IMG/VR virus record: IMGVR_UViG_3300025679_000005
Strand: one strand, 5' to 3'
DNA from: a virus
Taxonomy: Duplodnaviria > Caudoviricetes
DNA length: 64,000 bases
In this document: piece by piece, positions 36,978-47,184 of the stretch
How positions within the stretch are numbered: the first letter of the stretch is position 1
Layout of the letters: the number at the start of each line of letters is the position of its first letter
The notes under the pieces: model-generated
Databases searched by the model: none
Seen by the model: the letters and a program-made list of their open reading frames with translations, nothing else
Told to the model about the DNA's origin: nothing
Made by a program: the position numbers and the translations under genes

Positions 36978-39900
36978 ATGGGCCTATCGGTCAAAGGTTT
37001 TTTACTCGAACCACCCCGCATTGGGCAATCGAACTCCCCGTACACGTACACGCCCAACGTGTACGTGTCGAATCCGTCGGCGTTCAATACGGCGTACCCA
37101 TCAGACGAGTCGGTTCCGAGGACGGAGTATTGCGTTCTTGTCCTCAATGATTCAGGAACCCCTGGCACTGGCCCGAACAATAACAGCTCGTTCGTCGAGG
37201 TCAAATTCGCTTGGACTAAGAACGAGGTCTTGCAGAGATTCGATTATTCAGGGGTAGACGGTCGCTTCAAGGCCTTGCCGGGTGCTGTCCCCACTGCCGT
37301 GGGGACGCTCACTGCCTCAGCCAACACCACCCGTCTCAAGGTAGACGCCCCTATCAACTCGAACCTGACAGCTTACCCTGTACGCTTGTTTTTGGGGACC
37401 GTAGGCTCGGGTAACGCTTTCATCGTATCCACCGTTCTCACGGATGCTGACTTTGGCTCGCCTGTCTCAGGGACCGTACAAGTCTCGATGGCTACGGGCG
37501 ATCTCAACTGGAATACAGCAGACCTCACGACTTTCGCTGGGCAGCCGGTTTTCTTTCAGCGCCAGACCTTCTACTCCTTCGATGCCTCCAAAGGCAACAT
37601 CGGCGTCATCGACAACACACTACTTCTGAACCCACTTCCCGCCACGGGCCAGTTCCCATTGATTCGGATCGGATACGGCTCGTATCTGATTCCCGTCCAA
37701 GTCGCTTCGGACGGGGCCTTCTCTGGCAATCCGGCGTCTGGCCACGTGGAGTGGTCTGTAGCCACGGGCCGACTGAAGTTCAATTCAGTGGACATTGCCG
37801 CGAACACTGCACGTTCTGTGTACTACGACGGGGTCGCCTTCACCTTCAATCAAAGCTTGCCCACGACCAGCCTGGGAACAGTCGCAAGCCCTGCGAGCTT
37901 GTCACCCGTACCCCCAGAGGGCAGTGACACGTTCTTCAGAGTGCCTGGCGTAGTCCAATTCCAGCAGACTCAGTTCGTCGATGCTGTCACTTCCCCTGGC
38001 AAGAAGGGTGTAGTCCAAATTCGTAGGAGCAACGGATTCGTACAGTTCTCGAATGCGGACATCGGACAGTACGGTGCTCAGACGGCTCAAGCAATCACAG
38101 CCGATTTGATCATTGAGCGGGGCATTTCCTTGAGGATGTTTCGGAATCCTGTCAATCTGGACGACTCGGACCCGACCCTTAAAGATGTCTCAGCCTTCTA
38201 TGTGAGCCAAGGAGCGATTTGGGCACAACCCATCATCGCTTCACCGACCGTGGTACTGCCTGCAATCCCTGTCGATACGGATACTTTGAACGTCAATGTT
38301 GAGCAGGGCACGGGCTCTTTCGTAGGGCCTTTGCCTAGGTTGGACGTGGCGGTGCCGCCAGTTGGTTTGGGTTACGTCCTCGATTATGACAACAAGCAGT
38401 TGATTTACGCTCAGCGTAAGGACAATGTGGTGATTCCGGCACCTACTCCTTACGGTGGCGTGCAGCTAGCAGACCCCCTGGTGTTTGCTGCTGGGCTGAA
38501 GTTGGAATTGGAGACGGCACCCAACAGCGGCTTGTACTCTACCTTGACGGTTGGAACCGACGCCCTGTTCGATGCTGGATCTGGCTTGGTGACGATGGTG
38601 TCTACGGACGGCTCAAAGGTCGTAACTGGCGTAGTCGGCGCTATCTCGGGGGCGTCATTCACGGACGCTACTCAGAACTTTTCCACAGCCGGCGTAGCCC
38701 CAGGCGACTTCCTAATCATTCAGGGGGGCCCGGCTAAAGGCGTCTACACGATTGTGAGCGTAGGGACGACGACCCTGGTTTTGGACGCTGTCGGCGCCAC
38801 CTCATCTGGTTTTTCCTACGAAGTCGTCTCCGGTGTGGAAATCCTTGCGGATCGATATTTCCGTGAGGTCCCTCCGGTCGACCCCAACACTAAAGTCGAA
38901 CGAATCCGTGCCCTGGGCACCATAGAGAACTCGCCCAGGCTCAGTATTGACCCTAACCAGGCCTCGTTTTACCGTTTTCGCTATGGGGTCAGCACGTTCT
39001 CGACGACAACTACCCTCGTCAGCAACGACGCCGGCTTCACAGCCTCAGGGTCGTTACCCTCCGGAACGGTAGAAGTCTCCTTGGCAACAGGACACTTGAA
39101 CTTCAGTCAGGTGGATGTCACGGCCGGTGGCGCGGTATTTGGATCTAGGGCTCTAGTCTTGGGGGTGGGCTACACTCTCCAAGCTCCTTTAGGCTTCATT
39201 CAATTCTCGGATCGCTTTCTTGAACTAGAGGAAGCACAGATCACGTACAAGGATGCGAACGGAGACCTGATCTCCGAACGAGCTACCTTCTTGGTTCGTA
39301 AAGAACTGACGCAAGATCATCCGACCCCCACTGCTGTGCTGTCGTTCAATCCAAATGCACGTGAAGTAGCAGCCAACCCTTCGCCGAAGGCTTATCGTGG
39401 TGGGCGGCCGCAGACTTCTGCTCAGGTCACTTTCGATACGACGGCTTCGACGGTCACGTTCTTTGGGGCGGCTACAGCTACAGATGCTCTGCCTTCTGGA
39501 CCTGTGGTCAACCCCAATGAAAACGTATACGTTGACTACTACATCTATCAGGCAATGGGTGGAGAGCAAAATCTCACGGTTTTGCAACCTCCGATCCAAA
39601 CGATCCCGATCATCGTCAACTCTGACACGAATCAGTTTACTCTAGTTGGGGATCGCACTTCCGACTTTGCGGCTAATCACCTCCTGTTGGTGGATCGCAC
39701 TGAGACCTATTTGATCGGGTCCTCCGCGTACGTCTCTGGTACGGGTTTGACCACAGTCACACTGTCCAGCCTTCAGCTATTTCGATCTGACTTCCAGAAT
39801 CCGGTGCTGGCAGTTACGTCGGGAGTGACTCCCCTAACAGGGTCAACAGCGTTTCCGGCCTATTTCACCACTGAGATCACAGCCTATGCCCCCATTTCCA

Positions 39901-42875
39901 GGGGCTCTGCTAAGATGCTGATGTCAGGGGACGTGTCCAAGACTTACGTCTCTGGAATGATCGTGGAAATCACAGACGGGGCGACCTTCCTGGACTTCAA
40001 TCTAGTGGCTGGGTCAACTTACGATGCTAAGGCTCAGAAGACGACGATCACCTTCATCGCCAATGGGGCTAGGCAATACTCAGGTGTGAATCTGAAGCGT
40101 TCTGTTCGCCCGATCCTGGCAACGGCTTTAGTCAAGGTTCAGACGAAGCGAAGTCCTGAATTGGGGCAAGTCTACACTGTCTTTCGGAAGATCGATGGGC
40201 AGTCGGGCAAAGTCCTGTCATCGCCTGCGGACTACACGATCGACGCCTCAGGGTCCGTGGCGGTGGTTTCTGCCCTGGGCCTGAACGAGGAGATTGGGAT
40301 TTTCTACACAGGAGACCTTATTGTTGATGCTGGGCGCTCGCTCCGAGCTAGCTACACCTTTACAATCGTTCCGACTGAGCAGAACGGGCTCTTGAACCAG
40401 ACGTTGAAGGCGGATTACACGACATATGCTCCGGACACTTTCTTCTGGCGTGTGGAGACCTTTACCAACTTCCGGGGAGAGCTAGCTCAGCAATACGAGT
40501 CGGACGCCCAATCGAGCACTCCCTCTGGAGGGCCCATCCTACAGAACTCGTCCTCCCCGAAGCTGTTCGAGCAGGGCCGTGAGTCCGTGTTCTTCCAAGA
40601 AGGTCACCTGTCCAACGAGGACTTGGTAGCACGGCCTACCCTCAAGTACTATAACGATTCTGTGAATGCTCTGGAGGACGCTCTCCAGTACTTCGACGGT
40701 AGGGTAGTGGGGGACCATGACGGCCGCTTCCTATTTGACGGGAACATTGACAATCCGTACAGAGCAACTTTCGCGGCTGTGACGAACCAGATCGACGACA
40801 ATTTCAAGATCAGCCCAGCCCCGTATACGGTGACGGGTCCGCCTTTTGTTGTGACCTCGGTAGGCACTTTCCAAGAAGTCTACAAGGCGGCACCTACCAG
40901 TAGGTTCTACCCGACACAACGGGTCATGTTCGGGGCTACGGTTCCGACCGTGGGGCTGAAGACTGGGGATCCCATCCTGGATACGGGGACCAAGAGTCTC
41001 AAGGCAGTGCCATTAATCCAACGGAGATTCCCCTGGGCTGTGACCACCCAGTTGGCCAGAGCTGGTAGTACGGTCCTCACAGTAGATGCCGCTACTGGCT
41101 CTACAGACCTCCTTAGGCCGTCTTTTGCCAACACCATGAAGGTAGCAATCACCGCTCAGGATGGGGCGGTCCTGGTGGCGGACAGCCCTGGTATGACGGT
41201 ATCAGGATTTTCGGCAACCACCATTACATTGACGGCTGGAGTCGGTGTGAGCATCCCCATTGGAGCCACGGTACGCTTGTCGACCGCAGACACGACCTAC
41301 CTCAAGCAATACCGTCTAGGAATTGACATTGGGGTGGACCTGGACGCGGGCCTACTGACCTATCAAGCTCCCAGCGCTCCTTGGAACGATCCTCTGGTGC
41401 CAACACCCCTTCAACCAGCACCCCCCAATTCTGGGGGCGGTGAAGTTCTGGATGTGACTGCAACCATCGTCAATACTTTGACGGCACCTGACAGGTTCCC
41501 TGCCCTGGACGGTGGCACCGAAGACGATGACAACAACAGGCAGTTCCAGATCCTCAACCCCGATGTCGTGTCCGAGGATGGGCTCACTGGATACATAACG
41601 ACAGAGTTCAATGTCATCAACGCTTCTACGGGAACGTTGCGGGTACACACCACTCCTACATTCGTGGGAACGGGTTCTTTGGACGGGACTAAGACTATCA
41701 TCACGAACTCAGTGACATGGCCCAGCCCTTCGCCTCAAATAGGTGACCTGGTTGAGATTAGGACTGGGCTAAACGCCCTCTCTGGATACCATAGGATCAC
41801 GGCCAATACCTCGAACACGACCACGGTGACTCCAGCCTTTGCATCCGTGGACAGTGGGTTTTCGTTCACGGTAACGGTGAGCAACGATCTGGTTCAGAGC
41901 ACGGGAGACGTGTCCACTACTACAACTTTGACTGACAGCGCGGCGGACTACGTTGCCTTGGGCGTAGTCCCAGGGCAGACGATCGTCATCACCTCAGGCA
42001 CCCTTTCAGGCCTTCGCCGCCAAGTCACGGCAGTGGTCTCTACTCATGTTTTGGCTGTGACAGCCTTCCCGAGCACAGCCACGGCTCAAGGTTACCGCCT
42101 AGTCAATTCCCTAGGCACCTTTGGGGGCGTCTCGGAGTCCATCGTCGTGGCTGAACTGGTCCCTGCCATTTCTGGGGAGGGTGTGGTTGTGGCCAATCAG
42201 ACAGCCTCCATCGACTCTTTCTTCAACACGGCTATGGCGACTCTGGTAACGGCTACGAACGGCGTGTCGGCTACGTCCACATTCACGTCAGCTGGCCAGA
42301 CCTTCATCACCGCAGGGATTACTACCGCCGACCTATTGTTCATTCGAAACGGGGCGGCAGCTGGGGTCTACAAGGTCCAGCAGGTGCTGAGCCAGACCTC
42401 TTTGCTCATTGAGGGTACGTTTCCAACCAATACAACAGGGATCACTTTCCAGATCGTAGCCACAGTTGGGCTTACGGCAGAGCCTCTACAGGGAATATTG
42501 TCTACGGCTTTGGCTTCGAGCATCTTCTACGCTACTCTTTCTCCGTTTCTCAACCTCGTGACTGTTCTAGCCCCAGTCGTAGGGGATGCAGGTGCCTACG
42601 CTGTGCGCCTATTGACCACGGATTTGAACGCCAGGGAAGCAGTGGTTACAGCTCGTAGGACAGCCATCACATCGGCGACAGGATACGTGGCCTCTTTGGA
42701 GGCCGAGTTATCCTCTGGCGACAGACTTTATGATCGGAGGTATGTGTGGCTCGACGCTCGAATCAACCTGACGAACGGAATCCTAGCCAAGAAGGACATA
42801 GCAAGGGTCAATCGGATCAAGGCCCAAGCGGACATCCTGAACCAGCTGACGAAGCTTCTGTCGGTCCAGACGTGA
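36978..42875 (+). CDS. Giant beta-rich baseplate/tail structural protein (1965 aa)
   Basis: Thr/Ser/Val-rich repeated beta modules and helical C-terminus; between spike and wedge genes. Confidence 0.7.
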   Translation: MGLSVKGFLLEPPRIGQSNSPYTYTPNVYVSNPSAFNTAYPSDESVPRTEYCVLVLNDSGTPGTGPNNNSSFVEVKFAWTKNEVLQRFDYSGVDGRFKALPGAVPTAVGTLTASANTTRLKVDAPINSNLTAYPVRLFLGTVGSGNAFIVSTVLTDADFGSPVSGTVQVSMATGDLNWNTADLTTFAGQPVFFQRQTFYSFDASKGNIGVIDNTLLLNPLPATGQFPLIRIGYGSYLIPVQVASDGAFSGNPASGHVEWSVATGRLKFNSVDIAANTARSVYYDGVAFTFNQSLPTTSLGTVASPASLSPVPPEGSDTFFRVPGVVQFQQTQFVDAVTSPGKKGVVQIRRSNGFVQFSNADIGQYGAQTAQAITADLIIERGISLRMFRNPVNLDDSDPTLKDVSAFYVSQGAIWAQPIIASPTVVLPAIPVDTDTLNVNVEQGTGSFVGPLPRLDVAVPPVGLGYVLDYDNKQLIYAQRKDNVVIPAPTPYGGVQLADPLVFAAGLKLELETAPNSGLYSTLTVGTDALFDAGSGLVTMVSTDGSKVVTGVVGAISGASFTDATQNFSTAGVAPGDFLIIQGGPAKGVYTIVSVGTTTLVLDAVGATSSGFSYEVVSGVEILADRYFREVPPVDPNTKVERIRALGTIENSPRLSIDPNQASFYRFRYGVSTFSTTTTLVSNDAGFTASGSLPSGTVEVSLATGHLNFSQVDVTAGGAVFGSRALVLGVGYTLQAPLGFIQFSDRFLELEEAQITYKDANGDLISERATFLVRKELTQDHPTPTAVLSFNPNAREVAANPSPKAYRGGRPQTSAQVTFDTTASTVTFFGAATATDALPSGPVVNPNENVYVDYYIYQAMGGEQNLTVLQPPIQTIPIIVNSDTNQFTLVGDRTSDFAANHLLLVDRTETYLIGSSAYVSGTGLTTVTLSSLQLFRSDFQNPVLAVTSGVTPLTGSTAFPAYFTTEITAYAPISRGSAKMLMSGDVSKTYVSGMIVEITDGATFLDFNLVAGSTYDAKAQKTTITFIANGARQYSGVNLKRSVRPILATALVKVQTKRSPELGQVYTVFRKIDGQSGKVLSSPADYTIDASGSVAVVSALGLNEEIGIFYTGDLIVDAGRSLRASYTFTIVPTEQNGLLNQTLKADYTTYAPDTFFWRVETFTNFRGELAQQYESDAQSSTPSGGPILQNSSSPKLFEQGRESVFFQEGHLSNEDLVARPTLKYYNDSVNALEDALQYFDGRVVGDHDGRFLFDGNIDNPYRATFAAVTNQIDDNFKISPAPYTVTGPPFVVTSVGTFQEVYKAAPTSRFYPTQRVMFGATVPTVGLKTGDPILDTGTKSLKAVPLIQRRFPWAVTTQLARAGSTVLTVDAATGSTDLLRPSFANTMKVAITAQDGAVLVADSPGMTVSGFSATTITLTAGVGVSIPIGATVRLSTADTTYLKQYRLGIDIGVDLDAGLLTYQAPSAPWNDPLVPTPLQPAPPNSGGGEVLDVTATIVNTLTAPDRFPALDGGTEDDDNNRQFQILNPDVVSEDGLTGYITTEFNVINASTGTLRVHTTPTFVGTGSLDGTKTIITNSVTWPSPSPQIGDLVEIRTGLNALSGYHRITANTSNTTTVTPAFASVDSGFSFTVTVSNDLVQSTGDVSTTTTLTDSAADYVALGVVPGQTIVITSGTLSGLRRQVTAVVSTHVLAVTAFPSTATAQGYRLVNSLGTFGGVSESIVVAELVPAISGEGVVVANQTASIDSFFNTAMATLVTATNGVSATSTFTSAGQTFITAGITTADLLFIRNGAAAGVYKVQQVLSQTSLLIEGTFPTNTTGITFQIVATVGLTAEPLQGILSTALASSIFYATLSPFLNLVTVLAPVVGDAGAYAVRLLTTDLNAREAVVTARRTAITSATGYVASLEAELSSGDRLYDRRYVWLDARINLTNGILAKKDIARVNRIKAQADILNQLTKLLSVQT

Positions 42876-42956
42876 AGACCCACACAAAGGGAGACACGAT
42901 GTCGGAATCTACTGAGAATCCTCCAGATGACGAAGCTTCTGTCGGTCCAGACGTGA
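42847..42956 (+). repeat. 29-bp perfect direct repeat (42847-42875, 42928-42956)
   Basis: TGACGAAGCTTCTGTCGGTCCAGACGTGA occurs twice, 52 bp apart (period 81). Confidence 0.95.
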
Positions 42957-43096
42957 CCGCTCCGGCTTGGGAGTACAAGGAACGGCTTGGGATCCACGAT
43001 CGCATGACCGAAGTGGTCAAGTTGTCCTTGGAGGCGGCGAAGGCAGAGCTGGGGGCCTCGCGGAAGAAGCTCAGAAAATTGCAGTACGGTAGCTAA
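42899..43096 (+). CDS. Small coiled-coil protein (65 aa)
   Basis: AAGGGAG RBS before ATG 42899; basic C-terminal helix. Confidence 0.55.
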   Translation: MSESTENPPDDEASVGPDVTAPAWEYKERLGIHDRMTEVVKLSLEAAKAELGASRKKLRKLQYGS

Positions 43097-43098
43097 AA

Positions 43099-45234
43099 AT
43101 GGCCAATTGGAAATCGTTCGACATACAGGTACCTGGCAAGAATTTGCTGCAACCTGTGGACAGTGCCCTTGAGACACTGCTGGTGTTCCTTGACGTACTC
43201 AAGGCTATTTTGGACACCATCAAGGTGTTCTTGATCGATTTCGGCAACCCTGTCGTTGCTTTGGTCCAAGCTCTGATCCAGCTGATTGAGTCCCTGTTCA
43301 CGTCTCTGAAGCAATCCGGGGTGTTCGCATACTTCGACGTGCCGGACCCCACCTCGGACCCCAATTTTGATCACTACTCGGGTGGTTTCCCCGCTTTCAC
43401 CACCCGCTTCAAAGCTAGCCTGTTCGACGCTAAGGACTTCAATCGCCCTCAACCTCAGATAGGGTCGGATAGCAGCGGCTTCGTTCTATTGGTGGTGGAT
43501 GCCGAGAGTCCTTACGCTCTGCTGGCTCGAATCAAGCAGTTGATGCGCTTCTTTGGTCGCGAGTTCACATCGCCCAGATTCGAGCCTCCAGTCAACTTGA
43601 AGGCTTCTTTGGTTGGGTCCAACGGGGACCCCATCCTCAAGGTGGCCTCGATATTCGCTGGCAGCGCTGTTTCTGGAATCGAACTACAATGGACCTTGGC
43701 GAGTAGCGTAGAAACCCCGAATCCCGGGTTTACGGACCTTGTCACGAAGGTGGCTGAGGAGGCCATCCCCCCCAACTATCTGATCGAGAGGTCTGTGGTC
43801 AATCCCGCGTCCAAAAAAATAGACGTTTCTGACATGGCCACGGCTACAGCATCGGGGCAGGTCACATTCAATAGGGTGACGTACACCAATATTGGCAATT
43901 CGTCACAACCCGTGATGCGCAGGGGTCCGTTGTTGGACGAGTACAGGGATCCGGTGATCAAATTCAGGACATACAGGGTCCTGAGCAACACGTCTATTAC
44001 CGCTATTTTAGGGGATCTAGGGACGTTCAGGTACATCGACCACGACGTGACCCCTGGGACAACTTACTACTACCGTGTTCGGGCCTACAGTGGGTCCTTG
44101 GCATTGGCGGGGGACCAGGTAGCTTGGCCGATTTCCGCTATTGACTCAACGTACCCAGTGCTCTACTGGCCGTCTTCAGTCCCCAATGAGTCGGTCATCG
44201 TGGGTAAGTCCTCGGGGGTGGTGTCGGCTACGATGCCTATCGGAATCCCTGCAAACTTTGATGTTGTCGGAGATCTTCGCGCCCTATTTCAAACGGCCTT
44301 TTCGCTTGACTTCCAACTACAAGCAGACAAGGGGAGCACAGCGCCCACGCAAATAGGTAGAGGATCCCTGTCTGCTATGGCCGCGTCTATGGCGGTTTAC
44401 CAGGCGTTCACTGTTGTAGGCGAGTTGCTCTCTGCGGCAACGGTAGTCCTTGGTTTCAGTCCAGACCCCATCACTGGCCTCAGCCCAGTCCTGCCTTGGC
44501 AGGTCACGGCCTTGCGTAGGGAGTCTGCCAGGTTGGCTGACGCTGTTGCTTCGGCTTTGCTTCAAGCAGGTCCAGAGGCCCTGAACGGGTTCCGAAGTAT
44601 CATGCAGGGCCCACTACCAGCAGGTGCGGTCTCTACCGGATTTAATTTGCGAGGCGTCACCTCACTGGAGGGCCTCGTGAAAGGATTCACAATCCTAGAT
44701 GCCCAAGGCAATGCCGACTCAAACGGAGCCCAGACCTTTGCGGCGGGGTACTCGGATGCGGGCGTGCGTTCCAATGTTCTGGCTGGGATTCAGTTCGTGA
44801 AGGTCTACTCTCTGGGAGGTACAGGCGCCGACTGGATTTCCGTGGAACCCCTACGAGACATCATCCCGTGGGCGGGGCAGCTGATCTACGACCTCATGGA
44901 TAAGATCCAGGCTCTGTTGGATGCTTTTGGCGGGGTCATGACTGAAATCAAAACCTTTATCGACCTCATCGAGAGAAAAATTGCGGCCTTAGAGCGATTC
45001 ATCGAGTTCTTGATCAACATACTCAATACTATCGCCAACTTACAACTAGGGGCTTACGTCCTGAGTGTTCCGTCCTTGACGGGAGGGTCCCAATCTTGGG
45101 TCTCTGCCATTGATTCAGCCGGTGGCACGATCCCTCCCAGTGGCCCTGGAGGGTACTCCTCGGGTGTCGGTCTGGCCTACGTGGCTACGGACATCACGGC
45201 TTTTAAGAACGCTTTCTCCATTATCTTCGGGTAA
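43099..45234 (+). CDS. Baseplate-region structural protein with FN3-like domain and helical termini
   Basis: FRYIDHDVTPGTTYYYRVRAY FN3 signature; amphipathic helices at both ends. Confidence 0.6.
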   Translation: MANWKSFDIQVPGKNLLQPVDSALETLLVFLDVLKAILDTIKVFLIDFGNPVVALVQALIQLIESLFTSLKQSGVFAYFDVPDPTSDPNFDHYSGGFPAFTTRFKASLFDAKDFNRPQPQIGSDSSGFVLLVVDAESPYALLARIKQLMRFFGREFTSPRFEPPVNLKASLVGSNGDPILKVASIFAGSAVSGIELQWTLASSVETPNPGFTDLVTKVAEEAIPPNYLIERSVVNPASKKIDVSDMATATASGQVTFNRVTYTNIGNSSQPVMRRGPLLDEYRDPVIKFRTYRVLSNTSITAILGDLGTFRYIDHDVTPGTTYYYRVRAYSGSLALAGDQVAWPISAIDSTYPVLYWPSSVPNESVIVGKSSGVVSATMPIGIPANFDVVGDLRALFQTAFSLDFQLQADKGSTAPTQIGRGSLSAMAASMAVYQAFTVVGELLSAATVVLGFSPDPITGLSPVLPWQVTALRRESARLADAVASALLQAGPEALNGFRSIMQGPLPAGAVSTGFNLRGVTSLEGLVKGFTILDAQGNADSNGAQTFAAGYSDAGVRSNVLAGIQFVKVYSLGGTGADWISVEPLRDIIPWAGQLIYDLMDKIQALLDAFGGVMTEIKTFIDLIERKIAALERFIEFLINILNTIANLQLGAYVLSVPSLTGGSQSWVSAIDSAGGTIPPSGPGGYSSGVGLAYVATDITAFKNAFSIIFG

Positions 45235-45304
45235 GTCTTCGTCCCATAGTCCACTTTTGAGGGTCCATAGGTACCTTCAATGAGATGTAGAGGATATCCC
45301 ACCA

Positions 45305-46036
45305 ATGGCGCATGATCTGTTGGGTACGTTCAACCGCAGTCAGTTCGAACGCTTCCTCGCTTTTGCGAGGTCCCAACTGCCTCTGGCCGCCGATCGAATT
45401 CAGCATCTTCAAGCTGAAATCGCTAGGATTGGTACGATCACGTTCCGATACGAAAAGGGCGTACCCAAAGGATTCAAGTCAGACCATCCAGGGTCCTACT
45501 TGGGGAAGCTCCTTAGTGCCTACGAGGTCCTGGGCGGTAACCCTTTCATCGACCTTAGGGTCAGACTTCGCACGGACCCTGTGTTCCTCGTTCGAGGGAC
45601 GGAAATCGACGGCCCCCAATACATGAGCAATGGCGAGGTCATTGGTGCCAAGGGGTTGTCCGACAGCCCGACCGCTGAACTCATGCGATCGGCCCAGGTT
45701 TGGATTGACGATACACTGCAAGCCAGGTTCGCCTCTCTTGAACGGAAAATCCGTAGGGCAGTGGACTACTCTGACCAGCTCCAGTTGGAAGTAGCCAACC
45801 TAAAGACCATCCAGATGGCAGCGTCTATTTCGGGCTCCCTGGAGTACATCGCCGTACAGATCAACCAGTTCCTTACGGATCACAACTACCGTGCCGTCTT
45901 TGATGACGCGGGCGGGGACACCTTCGGCTTCAATGTTTACGCCCCGTTCAGCTCTTACGATGTCTTGAACGGCACTTCGAGTTCAGCACAGCGCCAGAAC
46001 TCGGGCTTCGTCGGACCAGGGGAGAGCGGAGCATGA
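45305..46036 (+). CDS. Hypothetical baseplate-region protein
   Basis: 243 aa, coupled to the gp25-like gene by ATGA. Confidence 0.6.
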   Translation: MAHDLLGTFNRSQFERFLAFARSQLPLAADRIQHLQAEIARIGTITFRYEKGVPKGFKSDHPGSYLGKLLSAYEVLGGNPFIDLRVRLRTDPVFLVRGTEIDGPQYMSNGEVIGAKGLSDSPTAELMRSAQVWIDDTLQARFASLERKIRRAVDYSDQLQLEVANLKTIQMAASISGSLEYIAVQINQFLTDHNYRAVFDDAGGDTFGFNVYAPFSSYDVLNGTSSSAQRQNSGFVGPGESGA

Positions 46037-47181
46037 GCTACGATCGTCGCCTAGACCAGATCTGTCCGCATATGGTGCTCGAAGAGGCTCTGTTCTTCAA
46101 CCCCGATCGCCAGACGGTGCGGCCTCTCCGACCTATCGCAGCAGTCAGTTCTGTGAAGGTGCGTTACAACGGGACGGACTACGTGCCCTCGGAGGGTGTG
46201 TACCTCCCTGCTCAGGCAACAGGGCTCAAGTCGGCTCCGTTCACTATCCGGGGTGGTGTCAACGATCAGCTCGTGATCAAGGTGGACGACCGCCAAGCTC
46301 AGACTTTGCACCTACCTTCTGGCAACAAGATCTCCGCCCTTTCGATCACGGACTCCCTAAACAACATCACCAGGGACGCTCTGTTCTCAGTCACCGCCAA
46401 GAACCAGATTCGCCTGGTAACGTCCAACACGGGTATGGGGTCTAAGATCTTCATCGCTTCTACGGGAAGCACGGGTGCAGCGACTCTAGGTTTCTCTACC
46501 AATCGTGGGTGGCAGGGGCGTAGCACAGTTCCTGGCTGGTCTATCGTCAACGATCCAAACACCCTCAGTGATCGGCCTACCAGACTCATTGTTTTCGACG
46601 AGCCCCTCAAGGGATTCGCGGATTACGTCGAGGTCAACTATACGACAATTCGGCAAGAATGCCGTCGCTGTGGTGGCTTAGGCGTTGAGAACGACTGGCG
46701 CTACGACGGCAGGGGTCAGCTCATTACAGCTCAGAACGAGACACTCCTCATTCAGGAGATGCTCAAGGCTACGTACACCATCCAGGGGTCTAATCCTTTC
46801 CACACCTGGTACGGGACCAACGTCGTCAACTCTATTGCCTCTAAACAAGACGCCGCAGGGGTGTCTCAGAACCTCATTATCTCCGAGGTCTACACCGCTT
46901 TTCAACGTTGGCAGCAGATCAAACGCCAGCAGGAAGAGGACGTGGGTCAGGTGGTGACGGACGAGGAGTACCCATTCAGGATCACGTCTGTGATCTTGCA
47001 GCAAAGTGATCAAGATCCAACGGTCATCTTCATCAACGCCACCATTCAGAATAGGTCCAGCAAGCCTATTCAGATTGATCGTGGGATTCGAATTCCTGGC
47101 CCCGCCAACATCTTGGGCTCTTCGCAGCAACAGGGCTTCTTTCAGCAGCCTATCCCCAACAACAAGCTCTTTGGTAAGTAA
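46033..47181 (+). CDS. Baseplate wedge gp25/gpW-like protein with N-terminal additions
   Basis: C-terminal LLIQEMLK..YT..GSNPFHTWYGT...FRITSVILQQ...VIFINATIQNRS; CPH plus CRRC possible Zn site; directly precedes J-like gene. Confidence 0.7.
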   Translation: MSYDRRLDQICPHMVLEEALFFNPDRQTVRPLRPIAAVSSVKVRYNGTDYVPSEGVYLPAQATGLKSAPFTIRGGVNDQLVIKVDDRQAQTLHLPSGNKISALSITDSLNNITRDALFSVTAKNQIRLVTSNTGMGSKIFIASTGSTGAATLGFSTNRGWQGRSTVPGWSIVNDPNTLSDRPTRLIVFDEPLKGFADYVEVNYTTIRQECRRCGGLGVENDWRYDGRGQLITAQNETLLIQEMLKATYTIQGSNPFHTWYGTNVVNSIASKQDAAGVSQNLIISEVYTAFQRWQQIKRQQEEDVGQVVTDEEYPFRITSVILQQSDQDPTVIFINATIQNRSSKPIQIDRGIRIPGPANILGSSQQQGFFQQPIPNNKLFGK

Positions 47182-47184
47182 CCC

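Noticed and set aside
42847-42956. Mini-CRISPR array (two 29-bp repeats)
   Set aside because: The spacer is 52 bp and contains an RBS and start codon, both repeats are in coding frames, there is no clear repeat hairpin, and no cas genes are present.
42746-43096. 116-aa ORF from the track overlapping the 1965-aa gene
   Set aside because: The upstream extension is a by-product of the in-frame 81-bp repeat period; the RBS supports ATG 42899.
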